DNA of 44,008 nt from a virus (taxonomy: Duplodnaviria > Heunggongvirae > Uroviricota > Caudoviricetes), in the IMG/VR virus record IMGVR_UViG_3300008262_000022; one strand, given 5' to 3'. The position numbers and the translations under genes were made by a program. Under the pieces are notes generated by a model. The model saw only the letters and a program-made list of their open reading frames with translations, was not told where the DNA came from and ran no database searches. This document shows, one piece after another, positions 19,843 through 28,039 of the stretch. Numbering within the stretch: position 1 is the first letter of the stretch; every line of letters begins with the position of its first letter.

Positions 19843-22451
19843 ATAATATACACATTTTAATAGAATATATAGTAAGTAATTGGCCTTTCTTAAATGAAGC
19901 TATGAATTCTAAAGAGGTACAATTCCTCACTCAGAAATTTAAGGACGAAGCTGAAGATTTTAACATTACAATATCAGATGAAGATATAAAAAAAGCTATT
20001 GAAACTTTTGATACCAAATTTAAACAGGATCCTAATGTAACTGAAAAAGATTTAAGAAAATACTCTTTAACCCAACTATTAAAATTAATTTCAGCTAAAC
20101 CTGGTTTTGAAAAAGGAACAGCAGAAAAAAAGATTGAAACTACTCCTGATATGGTTTATAATGAGGATGGTATAATCATATACAGTGGTGATGTTGAAGA
20201 TAAATGTATAAAATATGGGGCTGGGGAAAGATGGTGTATTACTAAAGGATCCTATGGTAATTATAGATTTGATCCTAGACGAGGTTATCCTATATTCTAT
20301 TTAGTAAGAAACACTAACCTACCCAATAGTGATCCTCTTAGTTTTGTTGCTATTCAGGTTAGAAATGATGGACAGTATGTTTACACTAATCGTTTAAATA
20401 ACCCACATGAATCCGAGGAAATGTCATTTGATGAGTTAGAAAATGAGATTCCTTATTTAAGCTCAATAGAAAATTTAAAAGGTATTCTTAAATATATCCC
20501 ACCTAACATAAAGGAAAAAAATAAAGAACAAAAATTTAAGAATGGTATACCATTCAATGAATGGTCTAATGATTTAGATTTTAATGATAAAAAACTTTAT
20601 TTATCTATAAGAGGTCCTATAGTAACAAAGGAAGGTGAATATTATAACAGAGGTCAACTATTTAGTAATTTATCTACTGAAGCTTTTGTAACTAAAGTTC
20701 TTCCTAAATATGATAAGTTAACTGAATGGTTATTTCAAAACCCATGGATATTTCGTTTTAATATTCTATTAAATAATATAGAATTATTTAAACCACCATA
20801 CCAAAAATCATTATTAGCTAAAGTAAATAGTCCTGGTCATCCTATAAACGTTACTGGTGAAGATATATTAGGTAGAAAATTTGATTTTAATATTAGTAAA
20901 ATATTAGTTAATACTAATAAAATACCTAATAGCAAAGAATATAATTTTTATGTAACTGAAAACGGAAATGCTATAGTAAATATAGGATATGATAGAACTG
21001 GAGTGGAGGTAGATGTCATTACTGAAGATGAAACATATAAAGATATTAAATTATCAAAAAGAACCCAAAAATATTTATTTGATTTTCCCGGAATAGTTAA
21101 TATACCGTTAGATTCATTAGCTCGTGCTATACAAGTTAATGATTTAGATAGTGATAAGATTACAGATGTAATAGATGCTGCTAGAAAATCTAATGATACT
21201 TCAAAGAAAATTATAAAAGTAGGTAATACCGAGGTACTTTTTGATACATCAGGTAACCTATTAAAAACATATCAAATTGAAAATAATAGTATTAAACCCG
21301 TTGATAAAGATAATGAAGATGTAATTAAAGCTACAAATCAATTTATTGAAGATGCTAGTTCAAATGAAGAAATACAAGATAATTTAGTATCCTCTATTTT
21401 AAGTAGAAGACCAATGTTTAATAACGAAATTTCATCAAAGATATTAGCAAATACCCCTAAAGATAAATTAACTAGAGGTTTAGAAGGTGTAGTTTCTTAC
21501 AATAATAATTTATATTCTTTTGTTCTTCCTGAAAGTTTTGAATTTAAAGGATATAAAGCAATAAATGGAAGAATGACAGACACATCGCTAGGCAATAACC
21601 CAGAAATGGGAGTCGCTTATAGAGAATTCTTAAAAAACAATAACGTAGAATTAACTAACAATATGATTACTAACTTGTTTGAAAGAAATAGATGGAGAAC
21701 ACCTTATTCTTCTAAATTAACATTTGCTAGTACTCCTGATTTACCATACGCTGAAGGTTCTACATATAGATTAGTAGTTAATGATGGTAAAATATACATT
21801 GTAAATACAGCAAACCCAGCTGAAAGCTTTAGAATTTCAGAAAAAACAGGAAGAATATTGTCAGCTAGACCTCCTAGATCAACAACACCTCGCCCAACAC
21901 CAGCTCAATTAGGAGCAGGTGAACGAGTACCTATAGCTGGAGCTGGAAGAAGAGGAAGACCAGTTGGAGGAACTAATAGACCTATTGAAGGTAACATAAG
22001 TGATGATTTAACTACTACTTTAACAAATAGTAATTTATTAGATTCATTTAACCAATTACCTATCAATATTCGCTCTAGATTCTTTGGTGATTCAACTAGA
22101 GGAAATTTACGTAATGATAGAGGAGTATCACGCCGCGATAACCTATTAGGTAATTTAGGTCACGTTGATTATGTAAGAATAGTAGGTCCAAGCGCTATAT
22201 ATGGTATCCAATTAGAATCAGGAAACGTAGTAGCTTCATTAGTAGCTCAACCAGGTAATAGCCACTGGTTATTAACTCAAAACGGAGCATTCCAATTAGA
22301 TAGTCCAGCTAACTTGGTAGACGCATTAAGACAACGTAACTTAACGGAAATGCGCGATTATATAGTTAATGAATATATAGAGCGTAGTCCTGAAAATATT
22401 GATGAATTAAAGGACACCATTAGAAAACATATTGAGGAAACAAAAAATTAA
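19839..22451 (+). CDS. Large putative internal virion protein
   Basis: 870 aa; 'FLNE' near the N-terminus, 'KCIKYG...WCIT' domain, Arg/Pro/Gly linker with 'GRRGRP'. Confidence 0.55.
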   Translation: MNNIHILIEYIVSNWPFLNEAMNSKEVQFLTQKFKDEAEDFNITISDEDIKKAIETFDTKFKQDPNVTEKDLRKYSLTQLLKLISAKPGFEKGTAEKKIETTPDMVYNEDGIIIYSGDVEDKCIKYGAGERWCITKGSYGNYRFDPRRGYPIFYLVRNTNLPNSDPLSFVAIQVRNDGQYVYTNRLNNPHESEEMSFDELENEIPYLSSIENLKGILKYIPPNIKEKNKEQKFKNGIPFNEWSNDLDFNDKKLYLSIRGPIVTKEGEYYNRGQLFSNLSTEAFVTKVLPKYDKLTEWLFQNPWIFRFNILLNNIELFKPPYQKSLLAKVNSPGHPINVTGEDILGRKFDFNISKILVNTNKIPNSKEYNFYVTENGNAIVNIGYDRTGVEVDVITEDETYKDIKLSKRTQKYLFDFPGIVNIPLDSLARAIQVNDLDSDKITDVIDAARKSNDTSKKIIKVGNTEVLFDTSGNLLKTYQIENNSIKPVDKDNEDVIKATNQFIEDASSNEEIQDNLVSSILSRRPMFNNEISSKILANTPKDKLTRGLEGVVSYNNNLYSFVLPESFEFKGYKAINGRMTDTSLGNNPEMGVAYREFLKNNNVELTNNMITNLFERNRWRTPYSSKLTFASTPDLPYAEGSTYRLVVNDGKIYIVNTANPAESFRISEKTGRILSARPPRSTTPRPTPAQLGAGERVPIAGAGRRGRPVGGTNRPIEGNISDDLTTTLTNSNLLDSFNQLPINIRSRFFGDSTRGNLRNDRGVSRRDNLLGNLGHVDYVRIVGPSAIYGIQLESGNVVASLVAQPGNSHWLLTQNGAFQLDSPANLVDALRQRNLTEMRDYIVNEYIERSPENIDELKDTIRKHIEETKN

Positions 22452-22475
22452 TAATATTTATATAAAAATAATACC

Positions 22476-22952
22476 ATGAAATTAAATAGTAGTTTAGTAA
22501 AACAATTAATTAAAGAAGCCATTGCTGATCGTATCAAAATGATAGATGAAGCTGGTGATATTGCTGCTTTAGAAGCAAAAATCAGAAAAGTAGAAGAAGA
22601 TATCAAAGATGCTATGGCGGTTAAAGCGTCATTAACCTCTATGGAAGGTCTAAAATACTATGTTAACCCAGAAATCATCAGTGATATGATGGATGATATG
22701 GAAGCTAGTATTAAAGAATTACAAACCAAGAAAAAAGATCTAGAAGACCAGAAAAAAGCAATGGATAAAAATTCTAAAGGTCCTAAAAAGTCTGAAAAAA
22801 AAGAAGATAAAAAAGAAGTAAATGAGCGTAAATTAACTACTAAAGAAAAAAACAAAAAAGAAAAAGTAGTTAAATCGATGAAAAAAGATTTTGGAGGATC
22901 TAAGTCTGATATGTACGCTATAGCTACTAGCGTTGCTAAAAAATCAAAATAA
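22476..22952 (+). CDS. Coiled-coil, Lys/Glu-rich putative internal/core protein
   Basis: 'LVKQLIKEAI' leader, internal 'IDE' and 'VNE'; TATTTATA at 22455-22462. Confidence 0.55.
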   Translation: MKLNSSLVKQLIKEAIADRIKMIDEAGDIAALEAKIRKVEEDIKDAMAVKASLTSMEGLKYYVNPEIISDMMDDMEASIKELQTKKKDLEDQKKAMDKNSKGPKKSEKKEDKKEVNERKLTTKEKNKKEKVVKSMKKDFGGSKSDMYAIATSVAKKSK

Positions 22953-22953
22953 T

Positions 22954-23304
22954 ATGGACTCTATAAAAAGAATGCAGCGATTAGCTGGTTTACTAACAGA
23001 ATCATTAGATCCTGTAGGTAAAGAAGATGCGGATATAGATAATGACGGTGATACAGATAAAACAGATAAGTATTTACTTAAACGCCGTAAAGCAATATCT
23101 AAAAACCTTAAAGAAGGCGACCATGAAGTATCTATGGCTCAGAATAGCTTAGAGGCAATAGCTAAAGCAGCAATGGAATTATCTCAAAAGATAGGAAATG
23201 TAGAGCGCAATATACCAGGTTGGATTCAAGACCATATAACAAATGCTGAAAATTACATTGAGCAAGCCGCTCAAGGTTTTCATGAACTAAAAGATGATGA
23301 ATAA
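22954..23304 (+). CDS. Putative core protein with RMQRLAG leader and EF-hand-like loop
   Basis: Start moved to ATG 22954, just after the upstream TAA; 'MDSIKRMQRLAGLLTE', 'DADIDNDGDTD'. Confidence 0.55.
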   Translation: MDSIKRMQRLAGLLTESLDPVGKEDADIDNDGDTDKTDKYLLKRRKAISKNLKEGDHEVSMAQNSLEAIAKAAMELSQKIGNVERNIPGWIQDHITNAENYIEQAAQGFHELKDDE

Positions 23305-23848
23305 AACATTATTATTAGAAAAATATATTAAGAAAGCTGTTCGTATGGCCTTAAAGGAAGAAGAACAGCAACAAAAACGAGCTGAGAAAGCGATGTACTT
23401 TATACATCGTTTTCCTGGTTTGAAAAAAACACTAGAAGAACTAATGTCTCCTGCTTTTGGAAGGTATATATCTGATGTCTCTTTAATAGCACCTAAACCT
23501 ACTACATTTGGTATAGGACTAATTAATGGACAAGATTTTACAGTAACATATTTAGGAAAAAATAATTTTTCTGTAAAAGTATCAGGTAAAAAATATAATC
23601 CTATTAATATAGGAGAATCTGAAAGAGCATCACAAGCAATAGCTGATTTACTTGAATTAAATTATGCTCCTAAAGAGTCTACAGAAGAATTAGCATCTCA
23701 ACGTGATGCCGATATTAAAGCCGATCTAGAAGGAGGAAGTACACCTCCATCTATTCCTACACCACCTTCTCCTGGAGAAACACCAACCCCTGAAGAAGAA
23801 CCTACCCCAGAAGAAACACCAACTCCTGAAGAAGAACCTGCTGCTTAA
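23294..23848 (+). CDS. Putative internal protein with C-terminal Pro/Glu/Thr repeats
   Basis: 'LLEKYIKKAVRMALKEE' leader; tail 'TPTPEEEPTPEETPTPEEEPAA'. Confidence 0.55.
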   Translation: MMNKTLLLEKYIKKAVRMALKEEEQQQKRAEKAMYFIHRFPGLKKTLEELMSPAFGRYISDVSLIAPKPTTFGIGLINGQDFTVTYLGKNNFSVKVSGKKYNPINIGESERASQAIADLLELNYAPKESTEELASQRDADIKADLEGGSTPPSIPTPPSPGETPTPEEEPTPEETPTPEEEPAA

Positions 23849-23850
23849 AA

Positions 23851-23882
23851 TTTGGGTAGGTAAAAAATAAGTTATATATTTA
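23851..23882 (+). promoter_or_regulatory. Bacteroidota sigma70-type promoter
   Basis: TTTG (23851-23854), 20-nt spacer, TATATTTA (23875-23882). Confidence 0.55.
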
Positions 23883-23895
23883 AAAAAAAACACTT

Positions 23896-24633
23896 ATGAG
23901 TAAGATCAAAAGACTCTTTTTTGATATTGAAACTAGTCCTAATATTGGATTATTTTGGACAGCTGGTTATAAACTAAGTATAGGTCACGACAATATTATA
24001 AAAGAACGAGCAATCATATGCATTTGTTATAAATGGGCAGATGAAAAAGAAGTTCATTCATTGACATGGGACGCTAAACAAAATGACAAAAATTTATTAG
24101 AAAAATTCATTAAAATAGCTAATGAAGCTGATGAATTAGTAGGACATAATGGAGACAAATATGACTTACCTTGGGTTAGAACTAGATGTTTATATCACGG
24201 TATTGATTTATTTCCTACTTATACCACTATAGATACTTTAAAGTATGCGCGTTCTAAATTCAAATTTAATAGCAATAAACTCGATTATATCGCGCAATTT
24301 TTAGGCTTAGGAGCCAAAATCAGCACAGGGTTTAACTTATGGAAAGACATTGTTTTAAACAAAGATAAAAAAGCAATGGATCAAATGGTTGAATATTGTA
24401 AAGGTGATGTAATTTTATTAGAAAAAGTATATAATAAACTAGCACCCCATTTTCCTGAAAAAACACACGTTAGTGAAGATAAAACAGATTGCCCTACATG
24501 CGGCTCAAGCAAATGGTCATTCTCTAAACGCAGAATGTCAGCATTAGGAACAGTTCGTGTACAAATGCAGTGTAAAAAATGTGGCCGTTATCATACAGTG
24601 TCTGAAAAAATATATGAATCTGTAACAGCATAA
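23896..24633 (+). CDS. RNase H-like (DEDD) 3'-5' exonuclease with C-terminal zinc ribbon
   Basis: 'FFDIETS', 'VGHNGDKYD', 'NKLDYIA.FLG', 'YCKGDV', 'CPTCG...CKKC'. Confidence 0.8.
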   Translation: MSKIKRLFFDIETSPNIGLFWTAGYKLSIGHDNIIKERAIICICYKWADEKEVHSLTWDAKQNDKNLLEKFIKIANEADELVGHNGDKYDLPWVRTRCLYHGIDLFPTYTTIDTLKYARSKFKFNSNKLDYIAQFLGLGAKISTGFNLWKDIVLNKDKKAMDQMVEYCKGDVILLEKVYNKLAPHFPEKTHVSEDKTDCPTCGSSKWSFSKRRMSALGTVRVQMQCKKCGRYHTVSEKIYESVTA

Positions 24634-24677
24634 TATTTATTGGCAAAGTAATTTTATTACCTTTATAAAAAAGTAAA

Positions 24678-25115
24678 ATGAACCGCACAACACTACGCAC
24701 ACTAATAAAAGAGGCTATTCGTAAAACTCTTAAAGAACAAGAAGATTTAACCCCTATAGACCCAGGACCTGGACAAGAGCCAGCAAATGTTCCTACTTCA
24801 GATGAAGCACCATCTGAAGCTGAAACTCCTGAAGCACCATCAGGAAATATCAGCAAAGAAGAAGCTAAACAGTTGGTTAAAGGTACTAAAGGTAAATTTT
24901 TTACTGTTACATTTATTAAAAAAGATGGAACAGAACGAGTAATGAATGCTCGTTTAGGTGTTAAAGCTTATCTTAAAGGCGGTGATTTACCATATAACCC
25001 AGATGAAAAAGGATTAATTCCTGTATATGATATGAAAAATGGTGGTTATAGAATGGTAAACGTTAATACCATTAAAAAATTAAAAATAGGTAATAACGAA
25101 TATAACGTACAATAA
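24678..25115 (+). CDS. Cargo-leader protein with a C-terminal SH3/WYL-like beta domain
   Basis: 'LRTLIKEAIRKTLKE' leader, Pro-rich linker, 'FFTVTFIKKDGTERVM...VYDM...YRMVN'; TATTTATT at 24634-24641. Confidence 0.55.
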   Translation: MNRTTLRTLIKEAIRKTLKEQEDLTPIDPGPGQEPANVPTSDEAPSEAETPEAPSGNISKEEAKQLVKGTKGKFFTVTFIKKDGTERVMNARLGVKAYLKGGDLPYNPDEKGLIPVYDMKNGGYRMVNVNTIKKLKIGNNEYNVQ

Positions 25116-25471
25116 TGGAGTTAGTAGGTATTTTAAAAGAAAATAAACAAATTTATTATTTAGAATTAATTCCTCTAGATAATAAAACTAAAGTTAAGGA
25201 AATAGAAAAACAAATATCTAAATTACAGGCTTTAGGAGCTAATATGAGTGCAATCGATATGAAAACTTTATATAAAAATATAAAGCGATTTTTTGTTGGG
25301 AAATATAAAGATGGTAGTGATATTCCTACACCATATACTGATAAAAGTGAATTATTTAACAACCAATATGATACTAAAGCTACAATATTTACTAAAGAAG
25401 AAGCAGAAAAACGCAAAGCCTTTATAGATAAGTATGTAAAAGATTGGATTGTAAATATAAAAACAGTATAA
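25115..25471 (+). CDS. Hypothetical protein with 'GILKE' leader
   Basis: 118-aa ORF, TAATG-coupled. Confidence 0.5.
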   Translation: MELVGILKENKQIYYLELIPLDNKTKVKEIEKQISKLQALGANMSAIDMKTLYKNIKRFFVGKYKDGSDIPTPYTDKSELFNNQYDTKATIFTKEEAEKRKAFIDKYVKDWIVNIKTV

Positions 25472-25477
25472 CATTTA

Positions 25478-25530
25478 GACAGATTCATAGCCTGTCGCTC
25501 GTAAGAGATAAAATAATATGGAAGCTGTGG
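25478..25530 (+). ncRNA. Candidate structured RNA (H-type pseudoknot with GNRA hairpin) overlapping a terminator
   Basis: P1 GACAG(25478-82)/CTGTC(25492-96); CTC-GTAA-GAG hairpin; the P1 loop can pair with TATGGA (25517-22) or GCTGTGG (25524-30). Confidence 0.5.
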
Positions 25531-25564
25531 CTCCGATCAAAAGATTGGGGCCACTCTTGTTTTG
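25527..25564 (+). terminator. Rho-independent terminator
   Basis: GTGGCTCCGATC-aaaa-GATTGGGGCCAC, a 12-bp stem with two G-U pairs, followed by TCTTGTTTTG. Confidence 0.7.
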
Positions 25565-25591
25565 AAAGTCAAAATAAAGATATTAAATTTA
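25561..25591 (+). promoter_or_regulatory. Bacteroidota sigma70-type promoter for the oxidoreductase N-half
   Basis: TTTG (25561-25564), 19-nt spacer, TAAATTTA (25584-25591). Confidence 0.55.
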
Positions 25592-25598
25592 TAAAATT

Positions 25599-26117
25599 AT
25601 GGATAAAAAAATAGTAATAGTAGGTAGTGGAGTAGCAGGTATTAGTGCTGCATTAAAATTAATAGATAATAACTACCCAGGAGAATTAATTACCATTATA
25701 GATAAAGGTAATGATCCTTATGTTCGTAAACCAGAAGAAGTAATGACAGGATTTGCAGGAGCTGGAGGATTCTCAGATGGTAAACTTACTTATCATACAT
25801 CAATTGGTGGTCAATTAAGTAAATATTGTGGTGAAGAAAAAGCTTATGATTTAATGGATCAATCTATTGAAATGTGGAAACGCTTCCATCCAGATCCATC
25901 TAAAATAATGTACTCAAATCCACAATCTGAACCGGATTTTATTAAACCTTATTTTGGTCTTCGTTTATTTCCTGTTTACCATATTGGTACAGATTATTTA
26001 CACGAAATAGGAAAACGTTGGTATGATTATTTAGTTGATAAAGGTGTTAAATTTGTGTGGGAGACTGAGGTAGAGGATATTGACTTTGAAACTGGGGAAA
26101 TAATATTAAAAGATTAA
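25599..26117 (+). CDS. FAD-dependent oxidoreductase (COG2509-like), N-terminal half of a split gene
   Basis: Rossmann 'IVIVGSGVAG', 'GFAGAGGFSDGKL', 'HIGTD'; ends after 'GVKFVWETEVEDID'. Confidence 0.8.
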   Translation: MDKKIVIVGSGVAGISAALKLIDNNYPGELITIIDKGNDPYVRKPEEVMTGFAGAGGFSDGKLTYHTSIGGQLSKYCGEEKAYDLMDQSIEMWKRFHPDPSKIMYSNPQSEPDFIKPYFGLRLFPVYHIGTDYLHEIGKRWYDYLVDKGVKFVWETEVEDIDFETGEIILKD

Positions 26118-26138
26118 TATTTATATTAAAACATAATT

Positions 26139-26369
26139 ATGAAAAAATCTGAATTACAACAAATCATTAAAGAAGAAATACAAAAATCCCCTCAATATGT
26201 AGCCGACAAACTGTGGGATAAATTTAATGGAAATTTTGAAAAAATAGATAGATATATTGACGGTAAATTGTTAAAAAATATAAATAGATCTAAAATTTCT
26301 GTTGATAAAGTTGATAACATGGATAAATTTTGGAAAGAAGTATATAGATTAATATCTAATAAACTTTAA
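26139..26369 (+). CDS. Small cargo-leader protein inserted in the oxidoreductase
   Basis: 'MKKSELQQIIKEEI' leader; TATTTATA at 26118-26125. Confidence 0.6.
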   Translation: MKKSELQQIIKEEIQKSPQYVADKLWDKFNGNFEKIDRYIDGKLLKNINRSKISVDKVDNMDKFWKEVYRLISNKL

Positions 26370-26393
26370 TTTTCTTAGATTTTTTCTTAGATT
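26370..26393 (+). repeat. Tandem 12-bp direct repeat TTTTCTTAGATT x2
   Basis: Exact copies at 26370-26381 and 26382-26393, just upstream of TATTTATA (26399-26406). Confidence 0.8.
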
Positions 26394-26410
26394 TGTAATA
26401 TTTATAATCG

Positions 26411-26554
26411 ATGGGACGTATCAAAAAATATCAAACAGAAGATGAACGTATTCTCAAACAACGAGAATATAGTAAGAAATATTACTGGTCTAATAAAGAA
26501 AAAATCGATGAAAAACTTAAACAAAAATACCACGAAAAGAAAACAAAACAATAA
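26411..26554 (+). CDS. Unannotated 47-aa basic helical ORF (MGRIKKYQTEDERILKQREYSKKYYWSNKEKIDEKLKQKYHEKKTKQ)
   Basis: First ATG after the late-type motif; open to TAA at 26552-26554; overlaps the endonuclease 5' end in another frame. Confidence 0.6.
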   Translation: MGRIKKYQTEDERILKQREYSKKYYWSNKEKIDEKLKQKYHEKKTKQ

Positions 26555-27245
26555 TTTTATAGTTTATATTCATATACGACCTGATATAAATGAACCATTT
26601 TATGTTGGAAAAGGAGTACCTGGAAGAGAAATTAGAACATGTGGTAGAAATCAATACTGGCATAACATTATAAATAAAAATAATGGTGTGTTTGAACCTA
26701 AAATACTATTTGAAGGATTAACTGAAGAGGAAGCATTGTTAAAAGAAAGAGAAATAGAATTGGATTTAAAAAATAAAGGTTATATATTAGCTAATATAGC
26801 TGAATGTGGTGTCAAAGCTGGTACTACTGGAATGAAGCATTCTAAAGAATCTAAACATAAAATGAGTGAATATTGGAAACAATATTACAATGAAAATCCT
26901 AGCCCTAAAAAAGGTATTAAGATGAGTAAGGAAAGTAGTGAGAAGAAAAGTAAGTCTATGATGGGTAAAAAAGTTAAATTAGGTGTAAAAGAATCTGATG
27001 AAACTAGAAAAAAGAAAAGTATTGGAATAAAAAACAGAGATCCTAAATGGATAGAAAAAAGAAATAAATCTATGGGTGATAAACTTAAAGATTTAAACAT
27101 TTATACTTTTCAACATTTAGAAACTAAAGAAATTTTTAAAGGTACTAGAAAAGAATTTGAAAATAAATTTAATTTAAATGGTGGAAGACTTAGTCAATTA
27201 ATTAATAATAAAGTTTTAAAATATAAAAATTGGATAAAAATATGA
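26508..27245 (+). mobile_element. GIY-YIG homing endonuclease with NUMOD3-like repeats
   Basis: 'VYIHIRP...FYVGKG', 'LTEEEALLKEREI', repeats 'GMKHSKESKHKMS', 'GIKMSKESSEKKS', 'GVKESDETRKKKS'. Start uncertain (26442 or 26508). Confidence 0.8.
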
Positions 27246-28039
27246 GAAAAATAAAATTTGACACTTGTATAGTAGGTACAGGTAAAGCTGGAATAGACTT
27301 TTCAGCTAAGCTAGCTCAGAAATATAATTTACCTACTGAGCAAAAGTCGGTCCAAATAGGCTGTAGGTTCGAGGCACCACAAAAATACTTCCAGAAATTA
27401 ATTGATGTAAGTTACGATTTTAAACTATATCAAAAGTTTGACAATGTGTCGTTACGTTCATTCTGTACTAACAATAACGCGGCTTATGTAGCAGTAGAAG
27501 AAACGTATGGTGATATAACATATAATGGCCATGCTAAAAAAGGTGAAGAATTTCGCAATGACATGACTAACTTTGGCATCTTAATGGAAATTAAAGGTAT
27601 TGAAAATCCATTTGAATGGTCACGAGATGTTGTTAAAAAATGTAATATAGTAGATGGTCAAACAAAGGAAAAAATAGGAGGAATATATTATTCACCAAAT
27701 CAAACAAGACAACCATCTAATACCTCTGAGGGTGAAAGAGTTAAATCTCATCAAGCTCATGAACATGTATTACCTATAATAAGAGAAGCATTCGGTGGGT
27801 ATTTTGAATACATTGAAAACTTCATTGACCAAATGAATAAAGTATTCGAATTTGGTGATGATTGGGGTATGTATATTCCTGAAGTAAAATATCTATCTCC
27901 TGAACCATTAGTAAATTATAAAAACTTAGCATTAGTTGATTATCCTAACGTACACTTCGTAGGTGATGCTTTAAGTGCTCGTGGAATTACAGTATCAGGA
28001 GCGCATGGGATATATGTTGCTGAATATTTATTAGCATGA
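27242..28039 (+). CDS. FAD-dependent oxidoreductase (COG2509-like), C-terminal half of a split gene
   Basis: Begins 'MRKIKFDTCIVGTGKAG' with ATGA overlap on the endonuclease stop; 'QIGCRFE', 'RSFCTN', 'HFVGDALSARGI..SGAHG'. Confidence 0.8.
   Translation: MRKIKFDTCIVGTGKAGIDFSAKLAQKYNLPTEQKSVQIGCRFEAPQKYFQKLIDVSYDFKLYQKFDNVSLRSFCTNNNAAYVAVEETYGDITYNGHAKKGEEFRNDMTNFGILMEIKGIENPFEWSRDVVKKCNIVDGQTKEKIGGIYYSPNQTRQPSNTSEGERVKSHQAHEHVLPIIREAFGGYFEYIENFIDQMNKVFEFGDDWGMYIPEVKYLSPEPLVNYKNLALVDYPNVHFVGDALSARGITVSGAHGIYVAEYLLA

Noticed and set aside
25478-25530. Assignment of the structured RNA to a known class (HDV-like/theta ribozyme, preQ1, SAM-II/V, fluoride)
   Set aside because: The helix order lacks the HDV P3/L3 nesting, and the conserved nucleotides I know for those riboswitches are absent; kept only as an unassigned candidate.
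26118-27241. Group I or II intron in the oxidoreductase gene
   Set aside because: The insert is almost entirely protein-coding and AT-rich, carries promoter motifs, and shows no P/Q/R/S or domain V-like core; the C-half has its own coupled ATG.
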